Below, piece after piece: positions 8,101-17,036 of a stretch of DNA of 64,000 nt. The translations under genes and the position numbers were made by a program. The stretch spans positions 378,730 through 442,729 of the forward strand of contig JACKDU010000002.1 of NCBI GenBank assembly GCA_020633335.1. Reading direction: 5' to 3'. The notes beneath the pieces were generated by a model, which was not told where the DNA came from, searched no databases, and saw only the letters and a list, made by a program, of their open reading frames with translations. The DNA is from Myxococcales bacterium. Its GTDB lineage: Bacteria; Myxococcota_A; Polyangia; Nannocystales; Nannocystaceae. Every line of letters begins with the position of its first letter. The stretch's first letter is position 1.

Positions 8101-10222
8101 GAACACCGGCGCACCGATGGCCGGGCCGCTGGCGCTCCGCGGCCCGGACGCGACCGGCCGCCTCACCCCCACCCCGCGCTACCTCCAGATCGTCGCCCTC
8201 TCCCCCGACGGAGCGGTCATCGCCACCGGGACCTGGGATGGCGACGTTCGGCTCTGGAGCGCCGCGGACGGCTCGCCGCTGGGCCCACCGCTCAAGCACG
8301 AGAGCGCGATCAAGGGCATCCTCTTCTCCCATGACGGGCGCACTCTCCTGACCTCGTCATGGAGTCGGAAGGCGCGCCTCTGGGACGCCCGCAGCGGCGC
8401 CTCCCTGGGTGAGCCGATGCCCGGCGAGGAGGCGTTCTTCTCCGCCGACGGCGCCGCGGTGATCACCACCTTCGCCGACGGCGTCCTCCGCTGGAGCGCG
8501 CACGACGGCGCGCCGCTCCCCCTCGAACGCGGCCGCAGCCAGACCCGCGAGGACGACGACCTGGTGGTCGTCCAAAGCTCCTTTGGGGGCAGCGGCGTCG
8601 CCCGGCGCTGGAACGCGACGACGGGTCGCTCGCTCGGGCCGCCGCTCGACCACGAGGGAGTGAAGCGCGCGTCGCTCGAGCGCGAGCAGGGCGTCATCAT
8701 CACCGTCTCGAACTCGGAGGTCCGCCTCTGGCGCGCCCAGACCGGCGAGGCGATCGGCCCGCCGATCACCTACGACGAGGTCCGCGACGAGGTGATCTAC
8801 GGCCTCCGCACCGCCGCGCTCTCGCGCGACGGCGAGCTCGTCTTGACGCTCGATGGCTTCGACAACATCCGCCTCTGGGAGGCGCGCTCGGGGGCCCCCT
8901 TCGGCCTGCCGATGCGCCACGAGAACGTCGAGCTCGCCGAGTTCTCGAGCGACGGCGCGTCGATCATCACGGCCGCCGTGGACGGCTCGATCCGCCGCTG
9001 GCCAGTGGGCCTCCGTCGTGGCCGCGTGATGACCCACGACGCCCTCCTCGCCCCGCGAGAGGAGCGCGAGTTCCGGCGGATCGTCGAGGACGCGCGCCTC
9101 GCCGGCGACGGGAGCAGACTCGTCACCGCGTCCTGGGACGGCAGCGCCCAGCTCTGGAGCGCGAGCACTGGCGAGCCGATCGGCGAGCCGATGCTCCATG
9201 AGAGCTCCGTCTCGAGCGCGGCGTTGTCCCCGGACGGCAGCCGCGTCCTCACGGCGAGCGGGGACCGCAGCGCCCGCCTCTGGGACGCGCGCTCGGGCGC
9301 GCCGATCGGCGAGCCGATGCTCCATGAGAGCTCCGTCTCGAGCGCCGAATTCTCCGCGGACGGCGCGATGCTTGCGACCGCGTCAGAGGATGGGTGCGCG
9401 CGGATCTGGAGCGGCACCACCGGCGCAGCGATCGGCGAACCGCTCCTCCACCCCGGACAGGTCCGCTCAGCCAGCTTCTCGCCGGACGGCCGCTCGCTCG
9501 TCACCGTCGCTACCGACATGAACGCCCGCGTGTGGAGCCTCGACGCTGGCGCGCTCCGCTTCCCCCCGATCACCCACGAGGACAAGCGCGTGACCGTGGC
9601 CCGCTTCTCCCCCGACGGGAAGGTGATCGCCACCGGCTCCGTCGAGTCCACGGCGCGCCTCTGGGACGCCGCCACGGGGGCGGCGATCGGCGACCCGATG
9701 ACGCACGAGGATCAGGTCCTCGACGTGCGCTTCTCCCCGCGCGGGGACCTCCTGGCCACCGGATCCATCGACGGGACCGCGCGGCTCTGGGACGCGCGCT
9801 CGGGCGCGCCGCTTGGCGAGCCGATCACCACCGACGGGCTCGGCCACAACGTCGCCTTCTCGCCAGACGCGCGGACGCTCCTCACCTCCGGAATCGGCGA
9901 CACCGCACAGCTCTGGGACGTGCGCACGCGCGAGCAGATCGGGCGCACGCTCACCCATGACGCGGGGATCGAGAGCGCCCGCTTCTCCCCCGATGGGCGG
10001 CTGGTCCTGACGGCCTCGAGCGACGGCAGCGCCCGCCTCTGGGACGCCGCCACCGGCGAGTCCCTGATGGAGGCGATGTGGCTCCGCTACCTCCGCGCCA
10101 ACGTCCGCGGCTGCCTCCCCCGCGACGCCCGGGTCGAGCACCTCGGCGTGACGAGCGAGCAGGCCGCCGCCGACTTCGCGGCGTGCGAGGCCCGCCAGAC
10201 CGACGCCGGCGCGCCGCCCTGA
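5162..10222 (+). CDS. CHAT (caspase-like) protease, STAND P-loop NTPase, single TM helix, coiled coil, and about 14 WD40 repeats in one 1686-aa protein
   Basis: The ORF track translation shows LPWEWLPL, HLLCHG (His) and VVVQACQSGN (Cys), which are the CHAT hallmarks. The Walker A is GASGSGKSSLV and the Walker B is VVVIDQLEELF. A hydrophobic helix IIGAVFTAISIAAVIAIVQAIAA lies at about aa 822-845, followed by an A/E-rich coiled coil. Repeated xRLWDAxxG and SPDG WD40 blades run from about aa 930 to 1640. Confidence 0.9.
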   Translation: MEPLHLLIELVRAEDAATQHGARPGDEQLYLMRDPDDTGRYAEGSFRWTRAVQADLAALADLRDFEEAALRLAALVGRFLEDTPWARYAPLVDAAIDEGRGAVITIRSAAAELYALPWEWLPLAQGPATRVPGCVVRYDWPDDELRADRLVAPGEDDPLARTEPQTAGRIVVAWSARAGAVPAAEHLRAISSAASEGRLDFEWDTDVIDHVTRARLKAALDASDDVAVLHLLCHGVPLPGDDGFGLGLADDEGGLDVVAPRELAELLRPHAATLRLVVVQACQSGNTGGLESHAGSVAQAIHRAGIPVVLASRYPLSVAGSVRITERFYRSLLVDLRSTEAATLAARQDEVAIPGSFDWAALQLYADPEVGLESRPIAFRPFRGLLPFESRHARFFFGRDDDVAALVDRLGARLREGGPRLLLVAGASGSGKSSLVHAGLLPALANSALPELPHDPATDLVLFRPGERPDDPLSLLRERLARAAEAGSDRAVVVVIDQLEELFTEVDEPARTSLTRALWGLATEGHDVVVATVRIEFIGRFGEVPMDDEGRKFDAVALDERFRYFVRQLAPEQVDAIIHGPARAVGLRFEDGLVARLRADVGREPGALPLLSYTLDLLWQHRRGRWLKDQTYDALGRLVGALTTTADDLYASLGAPARQAQAERLLVQLVHMAEDPAMATRRRGHLDRLRPAAAAEGAHFDAAVDALVDARLLVRGCSSDERRGLDRAWIEIAHEALIRGWTRLQTWLRESREWLDYTDDLRAYAEAWSPHQGGTRETDYLLTGTRLAYAAEMWSRHGARLGAGDQRLLGAFVERCTERERARLRGRRAIIGAVFTAISIAAVIAIVQAIAAGRARDDAEDKARVAREQTAVAEAQTEIAETKTAEALAEARRARNATRLSAARSLLTRDPTAAALILAEVEAAEPVPGLEAIIRSLTADTQVAERVLDSGDDIYYPESSGDGRVIAVLYGDGVVRLRDANTGAPMAGPLALRGPDATGRLTPTPRYLQIVALSPDGAVIATGTWDGDVRLWSAADGSPLGPPLKHESAIKGILFSHDGRTLLTSSWSRKARLWDARSGASLGEPMPGEEAFFSADGAAVITTFADGVLRWSAHDGAPLPLERGRSQTREDDDLVVVQSSFGGSGVARRWNATTGRSLGPPLDHEGVKRASLEREQGVIITVSNSEVRLWRAQTGEAIGPPITYDEVRDEVIYGLRTAALSRDGELVLTLDGFDNIRLWEARSGAPFGLPMRHENVELAEFSSDGASIITAAVDGSIRRWPVGLRRGRVMTHDALLAPREEREFRRIVEDARLAGDGSRLVTASWDGSAQLWSASTGEPIGEPMLHESSVSSAALSPDGSRVLTASGDRSARLWDARSGAPIGEPMLHESSVSSAEFSADGAMLATASEDGCARIWSGTTGAAIGEPLLHPGQVRSASFSPDGRSLVTVATDMNARVWSLDAGALRFPPITHEDKRVTVARFSPDGKVIATGSVESTARLWDAATGAAIGDPMTHEDQVLDVRFSPRGDLLATGSIDGTARLWDARSGAPLGEPITTDGLGHNVAFSPDARTLLTSGIGDTAQLWDVRTREQIGRTLTHDAGIESARFSPDGRLVLTASSDGSARLWDAATGESLMEAMWLRYLRANVRGCLPRDARVEHLGVTSEQAAADFAACEARQTDAGAPP

Positions 10223-10226
10223 TCGC

Positions 10227-11498
10227 CTAGCGACCCGCGCACTCGACTTCGTGCGCGGCGCAGCGGAAGCGGACGTGGAGGTGGATGTCATGCCCGGGCG
10301 AGTGGCGGATGAGCCCGCGCGGCGCCTTCGATCCCCGCGGGAACTGGATCACCCGCCGCAGCTCGCTCCGCGAGATCCCGGCCTCCTTCGCCGCCTTGTA
10401 GAGCCGCTTCTGGATCGCGTAGTCGAGGAAGATCCTCGTGATCTCGCCGCTCGCCTCAAACGACCGCACCAGCTCCCAAACCGCCATCCAGTCGACCCGC
10501 CGCGGGAGCGGATCGAGGTCCTGCCGGAGCTCGGCGCGGAGCGGCAGGCGGATGTCGAGATCGCGGCCGTTCTGATGCGAGAGGTGGCCGCCGATCTTGC
10601 GACCGCGCTGCCGGCTCATCGCCCCGAGGGTCAGCCGCCCCTCGTAGCCGGTCGCCTCGCGCCAGGCGTGGAGCGCCGTCACCGTCGCCCGGACCGCGCT
10701 CGTCGTCCCCCAGGCCGAGGCGGGGTAGCGGAGCTCGTAGTCCTCGCCCTCGGGGATCTGGACGCCGTTGATCAGGCGCCCGGCGTGCGGGCGACCGCTC
10801 GCGAAGGCTCCCGGGCGGATCGTCCCCGCCAACCCGGGCGGCGGCGTGTCGCCGGTGATCGCCGCGTAGAGCGGCGGATCGATCCAGACCTCGAGCTCGA
10901 CGCCCGGCCGCAGGCGCCGACCGACGCGCTTCGCGTTGGCGACCCGGAGGTCGCTGGCGTCGACGCCGTAGGCCCGACCGATCGAGCTCCAGCTCTCGCC
11001 CTCGATCACCAGGTGGCGCCGGAGCTCGCGCGGCGGCGGCGTCCGCCGGGCGAGGATCCGCAGGCGCTGCCCGGGGCGGATCTTCGCCCGCGCCCCGAGC
11101 CCGTTCCAGGCCCGGATCTTCCCGGGATCGACGCGGTAGCGGAGCGCGAGCGCGGCGATGTCCTCGGCCGGCACGACCTCATGCATCACCCAGGTCTTGC
11201 CCTCCTCGCTCTCGTCGTCGCCCGCGTCCTCGTCCTCGTCCTCGTCCTCCGCGTCCGTCGACCCGTCGACCCCGTCGAGCACGCCGTCCTCTCCCGGCTC
11301 CTCGCCCTCGCTCTCGCCGCCCTCCTCGGCCTCGTCGCGCTCGGCTTCCGCCACGCTCGGGGGCGCGCCCTCCTCCGCGATCGCGCGCCGCCAGGCGCTC
11401 ACGAGCTCCGCGTCGGGATCGACGAGCCCCGTGAGGACCAGGCCCAGGGCGATGAGGAGGCGGAGGAACACGAGCGCCCTGGGACGATAGCGCAGCAT
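10227..11498 (-). CDS. LysM-domain murein endopeptidase (penicillin-insensitive MepA/M74-like) with N-terminal signal/TM and acidic linker
   Basis: Signal/TM segment LVFLRLLIALGLVLTGLV. Two LysM-like segments (HEVVPAEDIAALALRYRVDPGKIRAWNGL; HLVIEGESWSSIGRAYGVDASDLRVANAK). M74-like His motifs GHLSHQNGRDLDI and HSPGHDIHLHVRF. Confidence 0.8.
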   Translation of the reverse strand: MLRYRPRALVFLRLLIALGLVLTGLVDPDAELVSAWRRAIAEEGAPPSVAEAERDEAEEGGESEGEEPGEDGVLDGVDGSTDAEDEDEDEDAGDDESEEGKTWVMHEVVPAEDIAALALRYRVDPGKIRAWNGLGARAKIRPGQRLRILARRTPPPRELRRHLVIEGESWSSIGRAYGVDASDLRVANAKRVGRRLRPGVELEVWIDPPLYAAITGDTPPPGLAGTIRPGAFASGRPHAGRLINGVQIPEGEDYELRYPASAWGTTSAVRATVTALHAWREATGYEGRLTLGAMSRQRGRKIGGHLSHQNGRDLDIRLPLRAELRQDLDPLPRRVDWMAVWELVRSFEASGEITRIFLDYAIQKRLYKAAKEAGISRSELRRVIQFPRGSKAPRGLIRHSPGHDIHLHVRFRCAAHEVECAGR

Positions 11499-11584
11499 CG
11501 CCCCCGCGATCGAACGCGCGCATCAAACGATCGCGCCGGCCCGCGGGCCCGCAGACCTCCTCGTAGCGCTCGCCCCCCCGCGCC

Positions 11585-12586
11585 CTACTCGTCGTCGGCC
11601 TCGATCGCCGCCTCGGGCTCGCCGAGGATCCCGAGGTGGAGGATCCGCGATCCCGTGGGGCTCACCGGGTTGACCGACTTGCCGACGACGATCCCGGCCT
11701 CCGGCGCGAAGTAGCGGGTGACCACGTCGCCGAAGATGTTGGTGATCCGGCCGACCATCTGGCCGGCGATCACCTCCTCGGTGAGCTCGGGGAAGACCTC
11801 CAGGAGCCCGCCCTCGTCGGAGTAGAGCCAGTGGGAGCGCGAGCAGACGATCGGCTCGTGCTCCGGCAGCTCCTCGTCGAGCTCGAGCACCTTGAGGCGG
11901 GCGAGGACGTTGCCGACGCCGATCATCCCGAAGCGGATCATCTTCTTCTGGAAGCGGTGGGGATCGCCGACCTCGACGGTGATCGCCGGGATCCCGAGGG
12001 CCATCGCCGCCCCCCGCAGGGTCTGCCCCTGTCCCTGGTTGTGGACGATGATCTGCGGGTGCTGGGCCCGGGCCATCCACGAGGTCTCGGGGTGGGTGAG
12101 ATCGGCGCGGACATAGAGCGAGTTGATCCGGCCGAAGCTCGCCGTGTGGAGATCGATCAGGTAGTCGAACTTTCGGACGATCCGCTCGACGAAGCGGTAG
12201 GCGAAGACCTCGGAGCTCGGCCCGTGGGGGCGCCCCGGCATCACCCGGTTGATGTCGACGCCGTCGGCGAAGGCGCGGGTGTTGCGGGCGAAGCCGGGGA
12301 CGTTGACCACCGGGACCGCGACCACCGTCCCCCGCATCTGATCGGGGTCGAGATCGGCGAAGAGGCGGTGGATGATCCGGATCCCGTTGAGCTCGTTGCC
12401 GTGGACCGCGGCCGTGATCCCGACCGTCGGCCCCGGGTACGCGCCGCGGGCGACGATCACCGGCACCCGGATCGGCGCGCCGATCGAGTCGGCCATCATC
12501 CGCACCTTGAGGCGGGTGATCGACGCCGGCGGGAGCGCGTCGAGCTCGAGGGCGTCGACCGGCTGAGGCTCGTGGAGCTCGGCCAC
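11585..12586 (-). CDS. Succinylglutamate desuccinylase/aspartoacylase (AstE/AspA) family zinc hydrolase
   Basis: ITAAVHGNELNG and DLHTA motifs, about 333 aa. I set the start to a GTG that overlaps the upstream gene's stop (TAGTG) instead of using the track ORF, which runs on to 13447 as an in-frame extension through the upstream gene. Confidence 0.75.
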   Translation of the reverse strand: MAELHEPQPVDALELDALPPASITRLKVRMMADSIGAPIRVPVIVARGAYPGPTVGITAAVHGNELNGIRIIHRLFADLDPDQMRGTVVAVPVVNVPGFARNTRAFADGVDINRVMPGRPHGPSSEVFAYRFVERIVRKFDYLIDLHTASFGRINSLYVRADLTHPETSWMARAQHPQIIVHNQGQGQTLRGAAMALGIPAITVEVGDPHRFQKKMIRFGMIGVGNVLARLKVLELDEELPEHEPIVCSRSHWLYSDEGGLLEVFPELTEEVIAGQMVGRITNIFGDVVTRYFAPEAGIVVGKSVNPVSPTGSRILHLGILGEPEAAIEADDE

Positions 12587-14094
12587 TAGCGCATGATCTC
12601 CTCGGCGAGGACCGCGTCGTCGTCGAGCGAGCGGAAGAGCTTGGTCTTGAGCTTGCCCTTCGACGAGGTCAACGCCGTCGCCATCCGATCGATCGCCGTC
12701 GTCGCCATCACCGTCTGGATATAGGCCTCGATCAGATCGTCGATCCCGAGGCCGAGGGTGTTGAAGTCCTTGCGGTCCATCAGGAGGAGGCGCGCGTGGT
12801 CGGAGTCGAAGCTCCCGTCCGCGAGCTTGATCGAGAGGTTGGTCCCGAGGATGTCCCAGCTCGGCGAGCCCGGGACCAGCTCGTCGACCAGCGGCGTCCG
12901 GGCCCGACGGGCGTAGATCACCAGCGGCCGGAAGCCCTCGGGGCCGCCGCTCACCATCATCCGAAGATCGGCGACGTAGGCCTCGCCCTTGCGGTTGGGG
13001 ATCGTGCCGACGTGGTAGAGGCGCCCCTGCGAGCTCCGCGAGCTCCACTTGTGGTTGCCGATCAGGCTCTGGACGATGTAGCGCTCGTAGTGGCGGGGCG
13101 CGTCCGCGAGGAAGGCGTCGAGCTCGGCCTGCGAGGTGATCGTGTAGACCCCCTGGCCGGCGTTCGAATAGGGCACCTTGATCACCGCGTGGCCGCCGAG
13201 GCGGCGGATCCAGAGCGGGATCTCGTCCCAGGTGACGTCCCAGATCGTCTCGGGGGTGCGGATCTGGAGGCCGGTGCCGTCGAGCTCGGCGTTGTAGAGA
13301 TCGTAGGCCTTGGCGGCGACCAGCTTGTTGCGGCCGCCGGCGAGGCAGGTCAGCACCGGGTTGAGGATCACCGTCTTGGTCGCCACTGGGATCCGGTTCC
13401 AGGGGCGCTGGGTCACGTAGCGGAAGGCGCAGCGGATCGGCCGCCACTCGTCGCCCTCGGGCCGGACCTGCAGGACCCCGTCGACGAAGCGGGCCCGCGG
13501 CGCGTAGGGGCGATCGGGGAACTCGACGAGGTGGACCGGCTCCTGCAGGAGATCGGCGAGGGCGGCCGCGTAGCCCGAGGCCTCCATGTAGTTCTTGTCG
13601 TAGATCACCGCGAGCTCGCCGGGCGGGAGCTGGCGCCCGCGCACCGTCGGCAGGAAGCCGTTCTCGAGGTTGATCCGGTAGCCGCCCTGCTCGTCGTGCT
13701 CCTCGTAGAGGGGCATCGACTTCTGCCCCGAAGGACAGGAGTTGGTCTCGACGATCACCATCTGCCGGTTGCCGCCGGCGGTCGTCGCGTGGAGGAGGTC
13801 CGAGCCCGCCCAGCGGAAGTAGCGGGGCTGAGTGGTCAGCAGGGCCCGCAGGGCGGCGGCGTCGACCTGCGGGTTGAGGTGGACGTAGCGGGCGATGATC
13901 CGCTCGTTCCCGAGGTTGAGGAAGAAGCGGACCAGCGGGTGGATCTGGGCGTTGAGCACCCGCGCGTAGAAGTGGCGCTCGGGCTCAAAGGATCCCGGCG
14001 AAACCAGCGAATACGCGGGCTCACGGGGCGGGGTCGGCGGGCTCTCGGCGGGGGGCGGGGCGAGTGCGTCGGGCGGGGCGGGTGCGTCGGCCAT
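12586..14094 (-). CDS. ATP-grasp-like amide ligase family protein (function unassigned), Pro-rich N-terminus
   Basis: 502-aa ORF with protein-like composition. Motifs compatible with an ATP-grasp fold are [47 protein letters not shown] and [11 protein letters not shown]. The stop overlaps the start of the downstream AstE-family gene. Confidence 0.7.
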   Translation of the reverse strand: MADAPAPPDALAPPPAESPPTPPREPAYSLVSPGSFEPERHFYARVLNAQIHPLVRFFLNLGNERIIARYVHLNPQVDAAALRALLTTQPRYFRWAGSDLLHATTAGGNRQMVIVETNSCPSGQKSMPLYEEHDEQGGYRINLENGFLPTVRGRQLPPGELAVIYDKNYMEASGYAAALADLLQEPVHLVEFPDRPYAPRARFVDGVLQVRPEGDEWRPIRCAFRYVTQRPWNRIPVATKTVILNPVLTCLAGGRNKLVAAKAYDLYNAELDGTGLQIRTPETIWDVTWDEIPLWIRRLGGHAVIKVPYSNAGQGVYTITSQAELDAFLADAPRHYERYIVQSLIGNHKWSSRSSQGRLYHVGTIPNRKGEAYVADLRMMVSGGPEGFRPLVIYARRARTPLVDELVPGSPSWDILGTNLSIKLADGSFDSDHARLLLMDRKDFNTLGLGIDDLIEAYIQTVMATTAIDRMATALTSSKGKLKTKLFRSLDDDAVLAEEIMR

Positions 14095-14121
14095 GGCGGG
14101 GCGGCGCCCAGGATAGCAGCC

Positions 14122-14559
14122 CTACCACTCGCCCTGGCTCGGCATCGACGCCCAGGGCTCGCGCGGCGCCAGCGCTCCGCCCCGCTGCAGGAGCTCGATC
14201 GAGATCTGGTCGGGCGAGCGCACGAAGGCCATCCGCCCGTCACGCGGCGGCCGCAGGATCGTCACACCGGCCGCCTGCAGGCGCTCGCAGAGCGCGTAGA
14301 TGTCGTCGACCTCGAAGGCCAGGTGGCCGAAGTTGCGCCCGCCGGAGTAGGGCTCGGTCTCGTCCCAGTTGTGGGTGAGCTCGACCTCGGCCGCGTCGCC
14401 CTCGGCGCCCGTGCCGAGGTAGATCAGCGAGAAGCGGCCCTGCTCGTAGTCGTGGCGGCGGACGACCCGAAGGCCGAGCTTGCCGACGTAGAAGTCGAGG
14501 CTTGCGTCGAGATCGAGGACCCGGACCATCGTGTGGAGGAAGCGCATCGGCCCGTTCAT
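14122..14559 (-). CDS. gloA: Glyoxalase I / lactoylglutathione lyase (VOC family)
   Basis: [20 protein letters not shown]...ELTHNWD...[28 protein letters not shown] is a typical GloA sequence; 145 aa. Confidence 0.8.
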   Translation of the reverse strand: MNGPMRFLHTMVRVLDLDASLDFYVGKLGLRVVRRHDYEQGRFSLIYLGTGAEGDAAEVELTHNWDETEPYSGGRNFGHLAFEVDDIYALCERLQAAGVTILRPPRDGRMAFVRSPDQISIELLQRGGALAPREPWASMPSQGEW

Positions 14560-14603
14560 ACCAGAGGTCGCGCCGGCGTTGACAGGCGCGCGGGAGCGCG
14601 CGG

Positions 14604-15848
14604 ATGATGCCGCCCATGGTTCGCTCGGCCCTCGCCGTCGCCCTCACCCTCCCCCTCACGCTCGCCGGCTGCTCGATCTTCTCGGGCCTCTTCAAGACCA
14701 ACGCGTCGACCTCGACCAACGCCGGCGGCGGCGGTGGTGGTGGCGGCGGCGGGGCGGCCCCCAGCGATCCCCAGAAGGAGCGGGAGGCCGAGCTCTCCGA
14801 GGCCCACCGGCGCCTCGCCAGCGAGCTCGACGCCTCCCGCCAGGAGATCGCCGAGGCCGGGGTCGACAGCACCCGGGCGCTGCGCTTCGCCGACCTCACC
14901 CTCAAGGCCTACGAGAGCGAGGCGGTCGCCCGCGGGCGGATCGACGGGCCGGTCGTCGCCCAGGAGGCGCTCGGCTACCTCGCCCAGGCGAAGGAGGCCG
15001 AGCCGGCGGCGACCGTCGATCTGGCGAGCGCGGCCGGGTCGATCCACGCCCGCCTCGGCGACGCCGACGCGGCCGGGGCGAGCTTCGCCGAGGCGATCGC
15101 CGCCGAGCCGCGGGTCGACCTCTTCAACGCCCTCGCCGGCCTCTCCGCCGGCGGAGCGAACGACACGCGGGTGGTCGAGGCCTGCCCAAAGGTGCGCCCG
15201 CAGGTGAGCGACGACGCCCTCCCCGACTTCATGGCGATCTGCCTCGACCGCGCCGGCGGCGACGCCAAGCGCCTGAGCTGGAAGGGCTCGAAGCAGGACC
15301 TCGCGGCCTACCAGGCGGAGATGCGCCGGCGCGAGGAGGAGGCCAAGCGCCGCGAGGCCGAGGAGGCCAAGCGCCGCGAGGAGGAGGCCAAAGAGGCCGC
15401 CCAGCGCGAGCTCTACGCGGTCGCCGCGGTCTTCGCCGCCGGCCGCTGCGAGTTCGGCGACTGCGCCCACCGGGGCTGGAGCGTCCGCACCGATCAGGGC
15501 GAGGTCCGGGTCTCCTGCTCCTTCGGCGACTGCCTCACCCGCGGCTGGGAGGCCCGCTTCCCCGACGGCAAGAGCGCGCGCACCGACTGCTCCTTCGGCG
15601 AGTGCCTCCAGCGCGGCTGGGAGACCCGCTTCCCCGACGGCTCGACCGCCCGGACCTCCTGCTCCTTCGGCGAGTGCGCGACCCGGGGCTGGGAGACCCA
15701 CCTCCCCGACGGCTCGACCAGCCGGACCACCTGCTCCTTCAGCGAGTGCTTCACCCGCGGCTGGGAGACCTCGCTGCCGAGCGGCGGCTCGATCCGCTGC
15801 ACCTGCTCCTTCGGCGAGTGCCTGACCCGCGGCACCGAGTGCAACTAG
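14604..15848 (+). CDS. Lipoprotein with N-terminal TPR-like/helical region, a Glu/Arg/Lys-rich coiled segment and 5.5 C-terminal tandem 24-aa Cys-rich repeats
   Basis: Signal peptide with lipobox LTLAGC followed by a poly-Gly linker. The repeats follow the pattern CSFGEC(L/A)TRGWETxFPDGSxxRTx. Confidence 0.8.
   Translation: MMPPMVRSALAVALTLPLTLAGCSIFSGLFKTNASTSTNAGGGGGGGGGGAAPSDPQKEREAELSEAHRRLASELDASRQEIAEAGVDSTRALRFADLTLKAYESEAVARGRIDGPVVAQEALGYLAQAKEAEPAATVDLASAAGSIHARLGDADAAGASFAEAIAAEPRVDLFNALAGLSAGGANDTRVVEACPKVRPQVSDDALPDFMAICLDRAGGDAKRLSWKGSKQDLAAYQAEMRRREEEAKRREAEEAKRREEEAKEAAQRELYAVAAVFAAGRCEFGDCAHRGWSVRTDQGEVRVSCSFGDCLTRGWEARFPDGKSARTDCSFGECLQRGWETRFPDGSTARTSCSFGECATRGWETHLPDGSTSRTTCSFSECFTRGWETSLPSGGSIRCTCSFGECLTRGTECN
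15436..15846 (+). repeat. Tandem 72-bp coding repeats (about 5.5 copies) encoding CSFGECxTRGWExxFPDGSxxRTx
   Basis: The repeated peptide units are visible in the ORF translation, and gctccttcggcgagtgc..cgcggctgggagacc units recur in the DNA. Confidence 0.8.
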
Positions 15849-15857
15849 CGCCTCGAC

Positions 15858-15879
15858 GGAGATGTCCGTAAGGACAGGT
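15858..15879. repeat. REP-like element GGAGATGTCC-gtaa-GGACAGGT
   Basis: 10 nt downstream of the 14604-15848 stop; the same element in reverse orientation is at 19154-19175. Confidence 0.6.
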
Positions 15880-16055
15880 TGAAGGCGGGCGACGCCACCT
15901 TCTGCCAGCGCTGACCGGGTGACGACGAGCCGGGACCCGACGAGGGCTCCGCCGCCGCCACGTCCGACGCCCCGCCGCGCCCCCGCGGTGGCCTGGGTCA
16001 CAGCCCGCGCGGCCGCGATTGACTGCGTTCTCCGGCGGCAACCATCATCCCGCCG

Positions 16056-17036
16056 ATGACCGTCGTCGTCACCGGAGCCGCGGGCCACGTCGGCGCCGCC
16101 CTCGTCCGGGCCCTCCTCGCCGAGGGCCGCCAGGTGCGGGCGCTGATCCGCAGCGACGCGCGGGCGCTCGCCGGCCTCGACGTCGAGCGGATCCAGGTCG
16201 ACGTCACCGACCGCGAGCGCCTGGCGGCCGCCCTCGCCGGCGCGAGCGCGGTCTACCACGCCGCCGCCCAGATCTCGCTGCGCTCGAAGGACGACCCGCG
16301 GGCCTTCGAGGTCAACGTCGGCGGCACCCGGGCGCTGGTCGACGCCTGCCTCCGCGCCGGCGTCGGCCGCCTGGTCCACGTCTCGTCGCTCAACGCCCTC
16401 GACCTCCGCGCGCCGGGGGCGATCGACGAGCGCCGCCCCCTCGCCGATCGCCCGGGCGCCCGCCCCTACGATCGCAGCAAGGCGCAGGCCGAGCTCGAGG
16501 TGCTCCGCGGGATCGAGGCCGGCCTCGACGCGGTGATCGTCAGCCCGGCGGCGGTGATCGGGCCCTATGACTTCAAGCCCTCGCGGATGGGCAAGCTCTT
16601 CCTCGATCTCGGGCGCGGGACCTTGCCGGCCCTCAGCGGCGGCGGCCAGACCTGGGTCGACGTCCGCGACATCGCGGCCGGGGCGCTCGCGGCCGAGGCC
16701 CGCGGTCGCCGCGGCGAGCGCTACCTCCTCGGCGGTCACTACCGCCCGGTCACCGAGCTCGCGGCGATGGCGGCCGCGACGATCGGCGTCCGGCGCCCCC
16801 GGATCGTGCTCCCGCTCGGCCTCCTCGCCGTCGGCGCCCCGCTGGCCGAGGGCCTCAGCCGCCTCGTCGGCCGCGAGCCGATCTTCTCGCCGGTCGCCGT
16901 CGACGCCCTGCGACCGGCGACGATCTCCCACGCCAAGGCGAGCGACGAGCTCGGCTACACGCCGCGGCCGCTCGAGGCGACGATCGCCGAGACCATGGCC
17001 TGGCTCCGCGAGCACCACGCGCTCGCGCGAAACTGA
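16056..17036 (+). CDS. NAD(P)-dependent epimerase/dehydratase (SDR family)
   Basis: Rossmann motif VVVTGAAGHVGAAL, catalytic YDRSK (YxxxK), 326 aa. Confidence 0.9.
   Translation: MTVVVTGAAGHVGAALVRALLAEGRQVRALIRSDARALAGLDVERIQVDVTDRERLAAALAGASAVYHAAAQISLRSKDDPRAFEVNVGGTRALVDACLRAGVGRLVHVSSLNALDLRAPGAIDERRPLADRPGARPYDRSKAQAELEVLRGIEAGLDAVIVSPAAVIGPYDFKPSRMGKLFLDLGRGTLPALSGGGQTWVDVRDIAAGALAAEARGRRGERYLLGGHYRPVTELAAMAAATIGVRRPRIVLPLGLLAVGAPLAEGLSRLVGREPIFSPVAVDALRPATISHAKASDELGYTPRPLEATIAETMAWLREHHALARN

Noticed and set aside
5066-8332. Minus-strand ORFs 5066-6067, 5572-6021 and 6329-8332 opposite the CHAT-STAND gene
   Set aside because: These are antisense shadow ORFs with R/G/A/E-rich garbage translations. 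The + strand frame carries clear CHAT, Walker A/B and WD40 motifs.
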